Origin: Mobula birostris
Lineage: Eukaryota
Assembly (NCBI RefSeq): GCF_030028105.1
Contig: NC_092377.1
Span: forward strand, 48,300,952 to 48,364,951
DNA: 64,000 nt
Direction: 5' to 3'
Numbering within the stretch: the stretch's first letter is position 1; each line of letters starts with the position of its first letter. The position numbers were made by a program, and so were the translations under genes. Below, one piece after another: positions 50,436 through 63,820 of this stretch. A model generated the notes under the pieces. That model made no database searches and was not told the origin of the DNA. It saw nothing but the letters and a program-made list of their open reading frames with translations.

Positions 50436-51959
50436 TCATTCCTTGACTCACTTACCTTTACTGATCAAGGTCCCTCAGTAAATCCAGATGACCATCATCA
50501 ATGTCAATAACTTCACCTATTTTAGTGCCATTTGCAAATTTACTAACCATGCCTTCTACATTCTCATCAAAATTATCAATATATTTGACAAATAGTAATT
50601 TAGCGCTGGAGAACACTACCGGTCATGGGCTTCTAATTCAAAGGGCAACCCTTGACCCTCATCCTGTTCATTCTATCATTAAGGCAATTGCGTATCCACT
50701 AAGCTATCTCTCCCTGGACTTCTACTTTGCATACCTCCTGTGGTTCCACAAAAGTATATCTACTTTGGTCTATTTTCTCTGTGCTTACTCCTTTTCCCTT
50801 CATGAATTTATATATATTTTGGATTCTCTTTAATCTTCTTTGATTATTTCCACCTTATGTCTGAGTTCCATTTATTAAGCTTCACTGGATGCTTATTCAG
50901 TATTTTCATCTCAGATGGTTGCCTTAATCAGAAATTTATCTCCCCCTCCTGTAAATCCTCCATCTCTATACCACAGTTAGCAAAGGTAAACTGAATCATT
51001 TAGCTGCCAGACCTGTCCCCACCTTAGCCATGTTTTGTTATGACTATGATATCCCAGCCCAATGTAGCTATGAGTTCATCCACCTTACTTGTCAGACCTC
51101 TAGCTTGGAGTAAATGCAATTTAATCCAATAGTCGGTCCTTGTTCCCTGCCATACTACCGCCTATCTTGTCTACTGACCTAATTGACATTGAATTTTGAA
51201 TCATCTTTCAGTCTTCCATCTTCCTCATTCTTTAGATCCCACCTCTCTGCCAATCTACTTTGAATCCTTCTTAGTAAGTCTTGAGTCTAATAGGATTGGT
51301 CTCATGTATTGCCATGTTCTAAAATTTAGTTTACTAGGTGAGTACTAAGTATTCCATCAATCTCTCTGTTGATGAAAAGTTACCAAGAGGACAGGAAGTA
51401 AAAATCAGTCTCAGTGTACCCAGCAGCTGTCTTGTTGTACTCACAATGTTTATATAAAAATTGAAAATACTAGGCTTAACAATGGCCTCCCACAGCTGGC
51501 TTAGCTATACATCCTTTCACTCTGCATCCTGTAAGGTGTCTATCTACTGTTCCAATTACTCTGTCTAACATTGCCACCTTTCACTCTATGATTCTGATAA
51601 GTTTATTTTTTCCCTCTGGCACTGGTTGTCGATTCCATTTCCTGCTTTCTCCCCTTCCTCTGCTAAAGTGTGATTCAGTTACCTTGTCCCATTACCCTGT
51701 TGATTAACTGGATCAATGCCATCATCTCCACCATCAACCATACCCTTCCTGCCTCTTCTTTTACAACACTCCATCAGGCATCTTTCTTACACTGGTCCAA
51801 TGTTCACTTCTTAATTATACTTACACCCCCTCATCTTCCTATGATGGCCTGCAGTGCAAGCACAGGAATTGCACTCTTCTCTACCATCATGATGTCTCTG
51901 AAATTCTTCAAATTTAGTCAAAATTGCCACTGTTGATAATTGGAGGTAGGTCATTATGG

Positions 51960-52185
51960 ATCCAAAATGAGGATAGATTTCTTCACTGAGATGATGGTGA
52001 GTCTTTGGAATTCTCTATTCTGGAGGACAAGTCATTTGATTTCATTCAAAAAAGTCAATTTTTTCTCTAAACTTGGAGGCATAAAGCAGGAAAATATGGT
52101 TGAGATGGAAGAATAGCCAACATATTGTCGAATATTTTAAAGAGCCAAATAGCCTACTCGCTCCTACTTATTACATTCATATCTT
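51960..52185 (+). mobile_element. Decayed CR1 3' tip
   Basis: ttcttcactgagatgatggtgagtctttggaattc ... gagccaaatagcctactcgctcctactta. Confidence 0.55.
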
Positions 52186-52371
52186 AGGTCTCAGCTACAA
52201 GCGAGAGAACAAATACAGCTAAGAGGATTGCTTTGCAAACTCCTTCACTAATTCTCCATGCACAACCATGAAGTTTCAATAGTTTATCATTTTATTCTCT
52301 GATCTGTTCTCACACTGTCCTTTTTGTTCTTCACCTGATGCATTGCCTCAATGAAGTCAGAACTGGTCAAG

Positions 52372-52935
52372 GTATAGTGTCTAAGTTGTTGATTAGACAT
52401 ACCTCCTATACCTAATCAAGTGGCCACTGAGTATATGTTTGTGGTCTTCTGCTGGCATAACTCATCTTCTTTAAGATTCATCATGTTATGCATCCAAGGT
52501 GCTTTTCTGCACACCACAGTTGTAATACATTGTTATTTGAGTTACTGTCACCTTCCTGTCAGGTTGAACCAGTCTGGCCATTCTCCTTTGACTTCTGTCA
52601 TTTTCACCCAAAGAAATGACATTCAGTGGATTTTTTTTTGCTTATTGCACCTTTCTCTGTAAACTCTAGAGACTGTTGTGCATGAAAATCCCAGGGGATC
52701 AGCAGTTTCTAAGATACTCAGTTCACGTCGTCTGGCACCGACAATCATTGCATGGTCAAGGTCATTTGGATCACATTTCTCCCCTATTCTGATGTTTGGT
52801 CTGAACGTCAACTGAACCATTTGACCATGTCTGTATGTTTTTATGTATTAAGTTGCTGCCACATGATTGGGTAATTAGATATTTGCATTAACGAGCTGGA
52901 GTACAGGTGTCCTAATAAAATGGCTACTGAGTGTA
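52372..52935 (-). mobile_element. Non-autonomous Tc1/mariner remnant
   Basis: ORF 52623-52820 (KCDPNDLDHAMIVGARRRELSILETADPLGFSCTTVSRVYRE) resembles a Tc1 transposase N-terminal HTH. The terminal motif cctaataaaatggctactgagtgTA is at the right end and repeated at ~52410. Confidence 0.8.
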
Positions 52936-53609
52936 GATTGCCAGCTGCAACACTGACTTAAACATTTTCAGATAATAGTTTATCTGAACCAGTTTAAAAG
53001 TTCCTTTGGCTCATCTTTTGTCCCGTTATCTACCTATCTATCAGACTTATTGTGGTAATACACACAAAATGCAGGAGGAACTCAGAAGGCCAGGGAACAT
53101 TTAGGAAAAGTGTAAACAGTTGGCGTTTAGGGCCAAGATCGTTCATCGGGACTGATTACTTATAGTGGGATTTCTGTGCCCCAGAAGATTGGCTTAAGAT
53201 AGGAGAAAGAGAGGCTTATTTTATTCTAGGGCCCAGAAGCCATACAGAAACACTTTGCAAAGACAATTGAAGGAAATAGCTATGGCTGTCAGTGTCAAGG
53301 ATCAAACCGAGCGTTGCTGTCCATGAGAGTTCACAACTGCATTTGTTTTAAATATCACTGATTACATCATTTAAAACAATATCTCACCAATTGCACCTCT
53401 AGTTAAAACACTATTCAATCCACCATATGCACAATACATTGATACCAACAATATACAGCAATAAGAAAATAGCTATCAGTGTCTAATAATAATATGCCTT
53501 ACTTCATCCTCATACCATTAACACATACTTCACATACACATTTCACAAATTCTAAACACCATTGGTTATTCAACTACAAAAGACATAACATCTTTTTTAA
53601 CATTAGATT

Positions 53610-54630
53610 TGGAATTTGGATACTACTTGCAAGAGCATTACTCATAGCCAATCCCTATTCCTTTGAGTAGGTGGAGTTGGGGTGTTTTCTTGAACCACTG
53701 CATTCCCTCCACTGAAGTTATTCCTTTTGAGTAGGGAGTTCCATAATTTTGACCCAATGACAATAACGGTCTGGCAATATATTTCCATGTCAGGATGGTA
53801 TGCAACATGGAGGAAAGCCTAATTCCAAATAGATGCTGCCCTTAACCTTCTGGGAGGTGGAAGTCTCATCAGTTGGGTAAGTCCGAGCAGTGTCATCAGA
53901 GTGAGTAACTGCAGTGCATTTTGGAGATGGTATACACTACATCCATAATACACCAACAATGAATAGAGTACCAATCAAGTGGGCTGCCTTTTCTTGGATG
54001 GTGTCAAGGATCTTGAGTCATTGAAACTACGATCATCCAATGTAGTGAATGCCCCTGACCTAAGATGGTATAAAATTGTTAGTGTGTGTATACTGCATAT
54101 CCAACACCTATCCTCCTCTTGCATCCACAGTTGAATTTCTAGTCACCAATTTGTTGATGATGAGGGACTCAGTGATGGGAATGCTATTCAAAGTTAAGGA
54201 GAGATGGTTAGACATTCTCTTATTTGTGAAGATCATTGCATAGTGCTTTCATGGAGCAAATAGCACTCGCCACTTATTTGCTTTGCATGAATGTTGACTA
54301 GGTCTTGCTGCATGTAGCCATGAAATAGTTCTTTTGCTGAGGAGTTGCCAAGGAATTGAACAACGTGTAATCATCAGTACCCAGTCACAGTTTTGACGTA
54401 GTGGAAAGAACCCTTATTGATGAAGCAGCTAAAAGTAGACAGGCATCAGACACTTCTGAGAAACTTCTACCATGATGCCCCAGTCTGGAAAGATTGACCT
54501 CCATTAACCATAGTCATCCTAATTTTTATGAGGTAAGACACTAAACATGAGAGGATTTTCCCCTTGAAGCCCATTGACAAATTTTACCAGTATTACCTTG
54601 GTGCTACACATGGTAAAAGGCAGTCACTTT
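53610..54630 (-). mobile_element. Old, highly decayed non-LTR retroelement fragment (family uncertain)
   Basis: LINE-like composition and motifs (catagccaatccctattcctttgagtaggtgg..., ttgatgaagcagctaaaag). No intact ORF. Confidence 0.45.
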
Positions 54631-54693
54631 CATCTCATCTTTATGATGTGCAACACTCATTAGCATTCTTCCCTCTCTTTTTCAGGACTTAGT

Positions 54694-55110
54694 TTAGAAA
54701 TAGAAACAGAAGTAGTTCATTCCATCCCTTGTCCCTTTTCATCATTTGTTAAAATTATGGCTGGCCCTTTACCTCAGTGCACTTTTCTTGAACTACTGTT
54801 AGATCATTTGGTTACCTTGATATCTTAAGGTCTATTGACCTCTGTTTAATATAGTAAGCAACTGAGCTCCTATAGATCTCTTGAATATTGAATTCCAAAC
54901 ATTTTACAATCATTCAATGAAGAAAATTTTTCTATGCTGTCTCCTGAATGGCTATCTCCTTACCGTGGGTCTTTGACTCTTGGTTCTAAGTACCACAGCT
55001 CCGGGAAACAGTAACTCTATATCCATTCTGACAAACCCCTTCAGGTTCACCTCTCATTCTTTCAGACATTACACACCTACTCTCCTTAATCTCTCTTCGT
55101 ATTGCAATGG
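54694..55110 (-). mobile_element. Decayed CR1 3' fragment
   Basis: Reversed tip ttagaaatagaaacagaagtagttcattcc and gaattccaaacattttacaatc..tgaagaaaatt (reverse of FF..RIV..WNS). Confidence 0.55.
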
Positions 55111-57512
55111 TATGGGGTTTGGCAACTCCTAAGATTCTAAACTCCTAAGATTCTAAACTCCATATATCTTAAGCCATATCAGATATGAATAGCCTCAAAT
55201 ACACTCACTAAAGGGCGACAATACTGTAACTACCCAATCTTCAAAGACTTGTTTACTTCCCTGTTTATTTTCTGCAGCGAGTTTTAGATGCCCATACCCA
55301 ACATTCAAGTGGTAGGTCCCTCTTCCCTTCCAAGGAGAAGATACTTCCAGCTAACAAAGTAGTTTAAAACACAGTTCACACATCAAAGTTGCTGGTGAAC
55401 GCAGCAGGCCAGGCAGCATCTCTGGGAAGAGGTACAGTCAACATTTTGGGCCAAGACCCTTCGTCAGGACTAACTGAAGGAAGTGCTAGTAAGAGCTAGT
55501 AAAACTCAGTTCATTTATTTACAGTGATACCCATTTGAATCCACACATTCTTAAAATATATTTAAAATCACAGAGAATTTTTATCTTAAATGCTTATTTT
55601 GCAATTACAAATTGTTTTTTCTTAAATTCCAAGTATTTCCAAAACACAGACGCAACTCCTATAAACTAATAAGATTTATCATGGTGTGGATGAACATGTC
55701 ATCCGTTGCAGAATCCAAAGCTAGAGGAACAGATCCTATTCACACTGTTTTCCAAAAATTTTTCTTCATGTTCTTCATCCACTCCTAATAAACCTGAACT
55801 GCTCTCTACATTTATTCCCTTTCTCTCCACTTGGATGACTTCATACACATATGATATATTCTCTGATGACCTTTCGACACAAATGGTCTGAAAGCATTTC
55901 GGAGACATAGTTCTTCAGCTACCTACCTTTAATGCTGTGAAGCAGTGAAGCTAACTTCCTTGAACACATAAAATCTGTAAGCACATCACAGTTATTGAAA
56001 TGCTAAAAAATGTTGTCCCTCTGTTCTGCATGCTTCTATGAACTAAGCAATTTAAGAGTCAGCATGTCTGTTTGAAGCAACATGGATTAAACAACCCATT
56101 GTCTTATACTGCATCTTGAACAGTAATAAAACAGGTGTAGTGAGCTGAACCTTACTTCTCCCAGACAGAACATTTGGGAGAAGCTTGTTTGCAAAGCTGA
56201 TCTTTAAACAATACCTGCTTAAACCTCAAAGTGATTAGTGCTTTCTATTTACATTTCTAGAACTGAAGACTGACTTCCCTTTACGACTGGAAGTCAAACA
56301 ACTATTATTTGGATGTTTACTTACATCTGTTTGTGATTTTACAAGTGGCAGACACTGTGTTTAGAAAGCGAGATTAGCAAACAACCAAGAAAGAGAAAGA
56401 GGCCTACTAGCCAAGAAATGACATCCACCCCAATATAAAAAATCTACAATCCCAAGAACAATGATTTGATAATGGATAAACTCAGATCTCCTGCAGCTGC
56501 AATATGTCCCTTTTGTACACAATGTATACAGCTAGTATACTTGAGCTTCTGGACTGTAATCACTTCTATGACTTTGAATGGAGTGGACTCAATGCTGTTG
56601 AAAGTCCGCGATACATTCTTTGGTCTGGATTTGCAAAGCATCGTGCATGTGACTCATTATTGAGTTATCTGAGGGCTGTTTCACATTCTCTAAAACTGCT
56701 GCATTATTAAAAAGTGTGAATGGAAATTAATAGTGTATGCAGCCCACTCTTAATCTGTGACAGTCATGATGAAAGATCTGAGTATGCCTGGGTCAGTCTC
56801 CTTCCTTAGGAACTTCTTCAGTTACACATTAATTGGTCTTTGATAATCTCAGCCATCTTCCTTTGTGTCATAAATGACTTTTGCCATGGTCTCTTATTTT
56901 TTGAACCGTATTAACTTTAATTATACATCCATTATTCAATGACACAATCAGTTAAATGCTGCAATGTTGTCAAGCCCAACAACAATCATCCACCTCTTGG
57001 ACTTTTTTGAGTTCATGTGCTTCGACCTTGCTCTGACTCTGTCTTGCACACAGAGCTCGGAAAAAGTGACAAAACAGATTTTTAACGTCGTATACCAGTG
57101 GGTGGTTGTTGTCTCCCACTCGCTGTGAAAATGGGGGGACACCTCCCTCTCCCTTATTAGGGAGAGAGAGAACCTGTGGTTTGCCAAATGTCGGATGAAA
57201 TGCGAAGGGGGGAGATGGGGAGGGACTTTGGAGTTCTAACGTTTAACTGTCATTCACTCTTTGGGGCACTTCTTTGTTTTGGTGGATGTTTGTGAGGAAA
57301 AAGCATTTCAGGATGTATATTGTATACATTTCTCCAACATTAAATTGGACCTTTGAACATTTTAACCTGCAGGCCTCGAGCCTCAGACCAGCCTCGCCTT
57401 CACTCGCCTCTTTATTGTTTGTGATGATCACCACAATTTTCCACAGAAAAAGTGTTACTAATAGAGTATTTAGTTGCATTTCTTGCTTTGAAAACCGCCA
57501 GTAAGCAGTCAC

Positions 57513-58420
57513 TCAGAATCAGAATCAGGTTTATTATCACAGGCATGCGACATGAAATTTTTTAACTTAGCAGCAGCAGCAATATAGAATGCAATATAGA
57601 AGGAAAAAAATAAAATAATAATAATAAAAAATAAATTTAAAAAATCAATCACACTATACGTATATTGAATAGATTAAAAATTGTGCAAAAAGCAGAAGTA
57701 CTATAAAAAAAAGTGAGGTAGTGTCCAAGGGTTCAATGTCCATTTAGGAATCGGGTGGCAGAGGGGAAGAAGCCGCTCCTGAATCGCTGAGTGTGTGCCT
57801 TCAATCTTCTGTACCTCTAGTCTGATGGTAACAGTGAGAAAAGGGCATACCCTGGGTGCTGTATGTCCTTAATAATAGACACTGCCTTTCTGAGTCACTG
57901 CTCCTGGGTACTTTGTAGGCTAGTACCCAAGATGGAGCTGACTAAATTTACAACCCTCTGCAGCTTCTTTCAGTCTGGTGCAGTAGCCCCTCCATACCAG
58001 ACAGTGATGCAGCCTGTCAGAATGCTCTCCACGGTACATCTATAGAAGTGTTTGAGTGTACTTGTTGGCATACCAAATCTCTTCAAACTCCTAACGAATA
58101 TAGCCGCTGTCTTGCCTTCTTTATAACTAAATCGATATGTTGGGACCAGGTTAGATCCTCAGAGATCTTGACACCCAGGAACTTGAAACTGCTCGCTCTC
58201 TCCATTTCTGATCCCTCTATGAGGATTGGTATGTGTTTCTTCATCTTACCCTTCTGGAAGTCCGTAATCAGCTCTTTCGTCTGACTGACATTGAGTGCCA
58301 GGTTGTTGCTGCGGCACCACTCCACTAGTTGGCATATCTCACTCCTGTAAGCCCTCTCGTCACCATCTGAGATTCTACCAACAATGGTTGTATCATCAGC
58401 AAATTTATAGATGGTACTTG
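57513..58420 (-). mobile_element. Rex1/Babar-like LINE 3' fragment
   Basis: Tail (cagaat)3. Peptide EWCRSNNLALNVSQTKELITDFQKGK...FKFLGVKISEDLTWSQHI...KKARQRLY, and the reverse of YKFADDTT at ~58385-58410. Confidence 0.88.
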
Positions 58421-59084
58421 TGCAGCACCATCTTAAACTGCGATCTGAAGGCAGAAAATTTGTAGAATGGACTCAATTGGATCAAATGGACTGGACCTCA
58501 GGTTTATGAACTCAAGACTATTCTGAATGCTGTTGCTTGCTTTTGTTGTTATCTTGATTTGTATTTTTTCTCTTGCTCTCTGAACATTGGGAGTTGGTCT
58601 TTCTTTTCTAAATCGGGTTTCTTGTATTGTGGTTAGCGCATGTAACAATTAACATATTAACATTAACTGACTTTAGCTACTAGCCTTCAGATTTTGGGTG
58701 TGATGGTGGGAAGATCCTGGCACTTAGAAACTGTTACATGTAGTTCCAAGGAAACATTGTAAATATGGATTTGATTGAATTGTCCTGAAATTTTCTTTGA
58801 TCGTTAGCACATAAAATGTTATGTCGTGTTGGTTCAAGCAGACCTCCTGCTCCAAAAGAGGGTCTCGGTCTCTCTCTTCTCTCACTCCCTCACACACTTT
58901 TTCTGTCTCTCATGGCTCAAAAGGCTGTCAGTGTACTTGTGATATGTTTTCCTAATAAAGAGACCGCTTCATGTCCACCTGTGCTTCCCAGTACTTCTCT
59001 CTGGTGAATCCAATCATGCAACACTTTGATAATAAATGTACTTTGAACTTTGATTGGTTTTGAACATATCTAAATCAATTCCTT

Positions 59085-59250
59085 AGGGCAGTACAGTCAG
59101 AGTGGTGAACTTTCAGATAAAGTATTTTTCTGTATGAATAACCTCATCTCAGGTTTGTGTAGAGGTAAAAGATCTTTGGCACTTTTCAAAGAATTTATGA
59201 TGTGCAAGAATAAATCCCTCAATTGAACCAACCAAAGGAGATTAATGATT
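59085..59250 (+). mobile_element. Degenerate Deu-domain SINE-like fragment
   Basis: gtaaaagatctttggcacttttcaaagaa...aataaatccctcaa resembles the DeuSINE conserved domain as I recall it. Confidence 0.4.
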
Positions 59251-60548
59251 CAAAAGAGCAGAAGCAAAAGAAAAAAACAACAATTCTGAAGCTGGATATC
59301 AGAAATAAAAACAAAAGATACTAGAAATACTCAGCTGGTGAGGCAGTATCTGTGGAAAAAGTTACAGGATTCACATTTGAGTTCTATGACCCTTCCTGGA
59401 AACTGAAAAAATTAATTCTGATTTTCTCTTTACAGATGCATCCTGACCTGTTCAAAGTTTCCAGCTCTTCTGAGATTATTGGGTCACCTTTTTTTCATTT
59501 GATGTTGAGAGTACTTAGGGGAAGAGGTGAGGGGAGTGGTTATTTCTGTTCAAGTTGCCTTGGTTCAAAAAGAGTTAATCTGCTGTGGCGACTCAAGAGA
59601 CTGCAGGATGCTGGAACCTAGAGCAAACAACCTTCTGAATGAATTCAGTGGGCCAAGCAGCATCTATAGAGGCAGAAGGAAGTTCAGCATTTCCAGTCAA
59701 GACTTTGTAACAGGCCTGAGAGTGTAGAAGGAAGATAACCAATATAAAGAGATGTGAGGGAGTGGTGAGCTAATGGCTGGTAGGTAATAGGTAGAATTAC
59801 ATGAGGTTGGAATGATGGGCAGATGAAGCCAGAGGAAGGGCGGAATTTTTAGACAGAGGCTGGGAGGTTATGAGTGGAACCAGATAAAGATGCGATGATG
59901 GGCTGATGAGTGTGATGGGAAAGGAATAGGAATGATTTGTCCAAAGAAGATGAAACACAGATGGGGTGTGTGGCTGAATTATTTCTTTTAATTTGTATTG
60001 TACTTGGGGATGACCTAAGGATGAAATTGTGCCACAAAATCTGGACATGTGTATTCTTTCTTTGTCAATGTCAATGTGGATATTGTTGTTTTATTTGTGC
60101 AACGGCAGATAGGAAGTAGCTTCTTGTGTTACATTAAAAAGTTAAGATTTTAAAATACTGTATACAGTATTAAGCATCTTTTTGAGAAAGAAGATTTTTT
60201 TAATGACTTATTCTGTCATAGTCTGGTATGTGTGTGATTTTTTTCATTTTCCAAAGCACAAGAATATGGTGAAGAAGCACATTGGTGGTGGAAAGGGGAT
60301 GGCTCAAGTCTTAAAACTGTGCTCTATACACAAAATCATGGTGTTTTACAACTGTAAGCTAAACTCTTTACAATACAGAACTGTTTTATTGACATGTTAT
60401 TCATAATCAATTTATTTTGATTTTTTTTTGCAGTTAATCCTAACATTCTCTCTAAAACAATATTATATTTCATGTACAGTAATAGTATATTTCATTATAA
60501 CTTTGAACTTCAACTGAAACATTGAAACAGTGCAGAGAAGCTTTGCTC

Positions 60549-60702
60549 CGTGTGCACATGTGCTTGTGTGTGTGTGTGCCTGTGCATTTGATCAAGATCA
60601 GCATGTGAATGTTCTTTCTCCCTGTGTCTGTGTACATAGAAGAAAGCTATGTTCTCTCTCTCTCTCTCCCCATTTGTGTGTCTGTGGGTGTGTGAGAGAG
60701 AA
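60549..60702. repeat. Low-complexity (TG)n/(CT)n/(GA)n cluster
   Basis: Runs of tgtgtgtgtgtg, tctctctctctctc and gagagaga. Confidence 0.7.
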
Positions 60703-61129
60703 AGAGTACAAAGGAGGGCAGATAAAATAATTGATAGAAACTACAACTTCTACTGAATAAAGCAAGATAATTACTTCAGAAGGCTGTAGTGAGTGGAGGA
60801 AAGTTATATATGAATTTTGTGTTTGAAATCATTTTCAGTAATCAATGTGGTTGATAGGCTTGAATGACAGCAGAGAACATAATCATTCCCATTCTACCTG
60901 GAAACAGAATTTCCACGTTCTGCTCCTTTTAAGATTAATAAAATGATGGTTGGATTTTCCAAAGCCAGGTAATCAGTTATACCAGCACTGCCTTCAGTCC
61001 CGGCATGTCTGTTCAGAAGTTTGGTGTTCTGACTTGGGCATATGGACAGAGCTAAGCTTTCAATTTGCTCGATGCCAGCAGACTAACCCAAAAGGTGTAC
61101 AACTTCTTAGAGGTCAGCATGCTTGCACA

Positions 61130-61435
61130 ACTTAATGTCCATGCATTCCTACTCTATAGGAAGGTGAGTGCACTAGAGAGGGTGAGAAGATATTTGCCAG
61201 CAGACTGCCTGGGATGGAGCACTTCAGTTAGGGTGAGAGAATGGGTTGGCTGCATTTATTTTCCTTGGAGCAGAAGATGTTGATGGGGTCCTGATAGTGG
61301 TGTACAAAATCATGAGTGGAAAAGATGGAGGAAACTTCCTCCTAACAGAAGTGTCTAAAATTAAGAGGGCATAAGTTTAGGTTTAGAAGGAAATCTGAGA
61401 AAGAATATTTTTCACCCGGAGAGTTGTTGGAATCA
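61130..61435 (+). mobile_element. Decayed CR1 fragment
   Basis: YRKVSALERVRRYL... and ctaaaattaagagggcataagtttagg (TRGHKF-like). Confidence 0.6.
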
Positions 61436-62759
61436 ATGTGATTTTCAACCTCACTGGTATGAAATGTCACAACTCATATTTATTCACAGAGCATCTGGAT
61501 TTTACTGACGCTTTTCCCCAATGAAATTGTAATCTTTGCCTGCACTGCAGCCTCCTGTGAACTCAAATACAACCTCGCATATGCCTGACTGGTATTGCCT
61601 GTGGAGGCCATGGTCACTCTTGCCTTCCTATCCTCAGGATAACTCTGCTGCTCTTATCTCTACCAGGTCTCTCAGATTGCCGCTCACTGTTGCGTATGGT
61701 GGTCACCAAGATGAGAGAACAATTTCAGCCGATGCAAATAAAGAATTTACTTGCATTTTATGCTTTTCCAAATGCAAGGGTTCATAAGTTTCATTCATGT
61801 TCTTGCAGAAGTCTATTTGGCAACCTCCTTTCAATAGCACCTGGCTATAACCTTGTCATATGCAACATCTATTCAGTGGATACCATGCTTTACCAGTTAG
61901 TCAAGTCCTGCCAATCCCATCCTCTGTCAGCATTCAATTATCAATACACTGTCATAAGTACAGGTATTTCCCTTTAAGAAATAGCTGCTGAGATTGTACC
62001 CGGGAGATCAGTTAACAACCTCTGAAGAGTCTGTAAGGGATCACAGGGGAATCCTGCAATGTTGACTTGCACCAATGGCAACTGAAGATCCGAAATAACA
62101 TTAGGGTAACTGACAATAGTGTTTCATAGTAGGGTCCACATATTGCTTCAATGCCTCTTAGAGATAGAAAAACAATTTCTAAGTCATGATATTCCAAAGT
62201 GGCCATAACCAATGAAATTTGTGAATTGCAATCAATATTATAATGTAGAATATTGCTGTTACATAACTTGAGTCTTTGATTTACTCATTACAATGCTTCT
62301 AATTCGATCTGCTAATTTTTCCTGGTACTCCTCAACAACAGGAAATCTAGTTTCTCTGTGTTTTTAATTGTTAATTTCATTGATTCAATGGGAGCAAATA
62401 TTAGCTGAAGTTTCACCAAATTACAGTCAATTAAAAACAGAACTTACCTGTCAAAGTAACCCTTGTGTTTGAAACGTACTTCTCACATTCCTCACATGAC
62501 TGATGTGTCTCAAGATTCAAGATTCAAGTACATTTCTTATCAAAGAATATATACATTATACAACCTTCAGATTTGCTTGCTCACAGGTATCCACAAAGCT
62601 AGAAAACTGGAGGAACCCAACTAAGAGAGAAAAAAAAGTAAGAAAAATGGAAGACCAACACTTGATGTGCAAAAGAAAGAAAAAAGAAATTAAAATCGTG
62701 CAAACAATTGAAGCGAACAACAACATTCCAGACCAAAACTGAGTCCATAGATCCAAAGA

Positions 62760-63603
62760 TTTGAAAGTGGGACGGGGAGGGGGAGATCCGAAATGATAGG
62801 AGAAGACAGGAGGGGGAGGGATGGAGCCAGCTGGACAGGTGATTGGCAAAAGGGATATGAGGGGATCATGGGACAGGAGGCCCAGGGAGAAGGAAGGGGG
62901 GGAGGGAACCCAGAGGATGGGCAAGGGGTATAGTGAAAGGGGCAGAGGGAGAAAAAGGAGAGAGAGAGAGAAAAAGAATGTGTGTATATAAATAAATAAT
63001 GGATGGGGTACGAGGGGGAGGTGAGGCATTAGCGGAAGTTTGAGAAGTCAATGTTCATGCCATCATGTTGGAGGCACCCAGACGGAATATAAGGTGTTGT
63101 TCCTCCAACCTGAGTGTGGCTTCATCTTTACAGTAGAGGAGGCCGTGGATAGACATGTCAGAATGGGAATGGGACGTGGAATTAAAATGTGTGGCCACTG
63201 GGAGATCCTGCTTTCTCTGGTGGACAGAGTGTAGGTGTTCAGCGAAACGATCTCCCAGTCTGCGTTGGGTCTCGCCAATATATAGAAGGCCACATCGGGA
63301 GCACCGGACGCAGTATATCACCCCAGCCGACTCACAGGTGAAGTGCCACCTCACCTGGAAGGACTGTCTGGGGCCCTGCATGGTGGTAAGGGAGGAAGTG
63401 TAAGGGCATGTGTAGCACTTGTTCCGCTTACAAGGATAAGTGCCAGGAGGGAGATCGGTGGGGAGGGGTGGGGGGAATGAATGGACAAGGGAGTTGCATA
63501 GGGAGTGATCCCTGCGGAAAGCAGAGAGACGGGGGAGGGAAAGATGTGCTTAGTGGTGGGGTACCGTTGGTGGCGGCGGAAGTTACGGAGAATAATATGT
63601 TGG
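62760..63603 (-). mobile_element. Penelope-like element fragment with GIY-YIG endonuclease
   Basis: ORF 63055-63381: FTCESAGVIYCVRCSRCGLLYIGETQRRLGDRFAEH...PVATHFN...RLEEQHLIFRLG, with VIY-x-CxxC-x-YIGET as in Penelope Uri domains, followed by a pyrimidine-rich 3' region. Confidence 0.88.
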
Positions 63604-63820
63604 CCTCCGGGTCCAACACATTATTCTCCGTAACTTCTACCACCTCCAACGGGATCAGCCTCCGGGTCCAACATAATATTCCCTGTAACTTCCGCCACCT
63701 CCAACAGGATCAGCAGCCTGGTCCAACATATTATTCTCTGTAACTTCTGCCATCTCCAACAGGATCAGCAGCCTGGTCCAACATATTATTCTCCGTAACT
63801 TCCGCCACCTCCAACGGGAT
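63603..63820 (+). repeat. Tandem array of ~4 x 55 bp derived from the Penelope element
   Basis: Unit ggtccaacatattattctccgtaacttccgccacctccaacgggatcagc(ctcc/agcct), starting at ~63603, 63658, 63713 and 63768. Confidence 0.9.

Noticed and set aside
55124-55161. 16-bp tandem duplication (aactcctaagattcta x ~2.4)
   Set aside because: Ordinary slippage duplication beside a decayed LINE; no sign of function.
62556-63029. 157-aa hydrophobic, Pro/Leu-rich ORF
   Set aside because: Translation of the pyrimidine-rich Penelope 3' region and an adjacent repeat; a low-complexity artefact.
63603-63820. CRISPR-like array
   Set aside because: The units are contiguous with no unique spacers, derive from the Penelope sequence, and there are no cas genes in this eukaryotic context.
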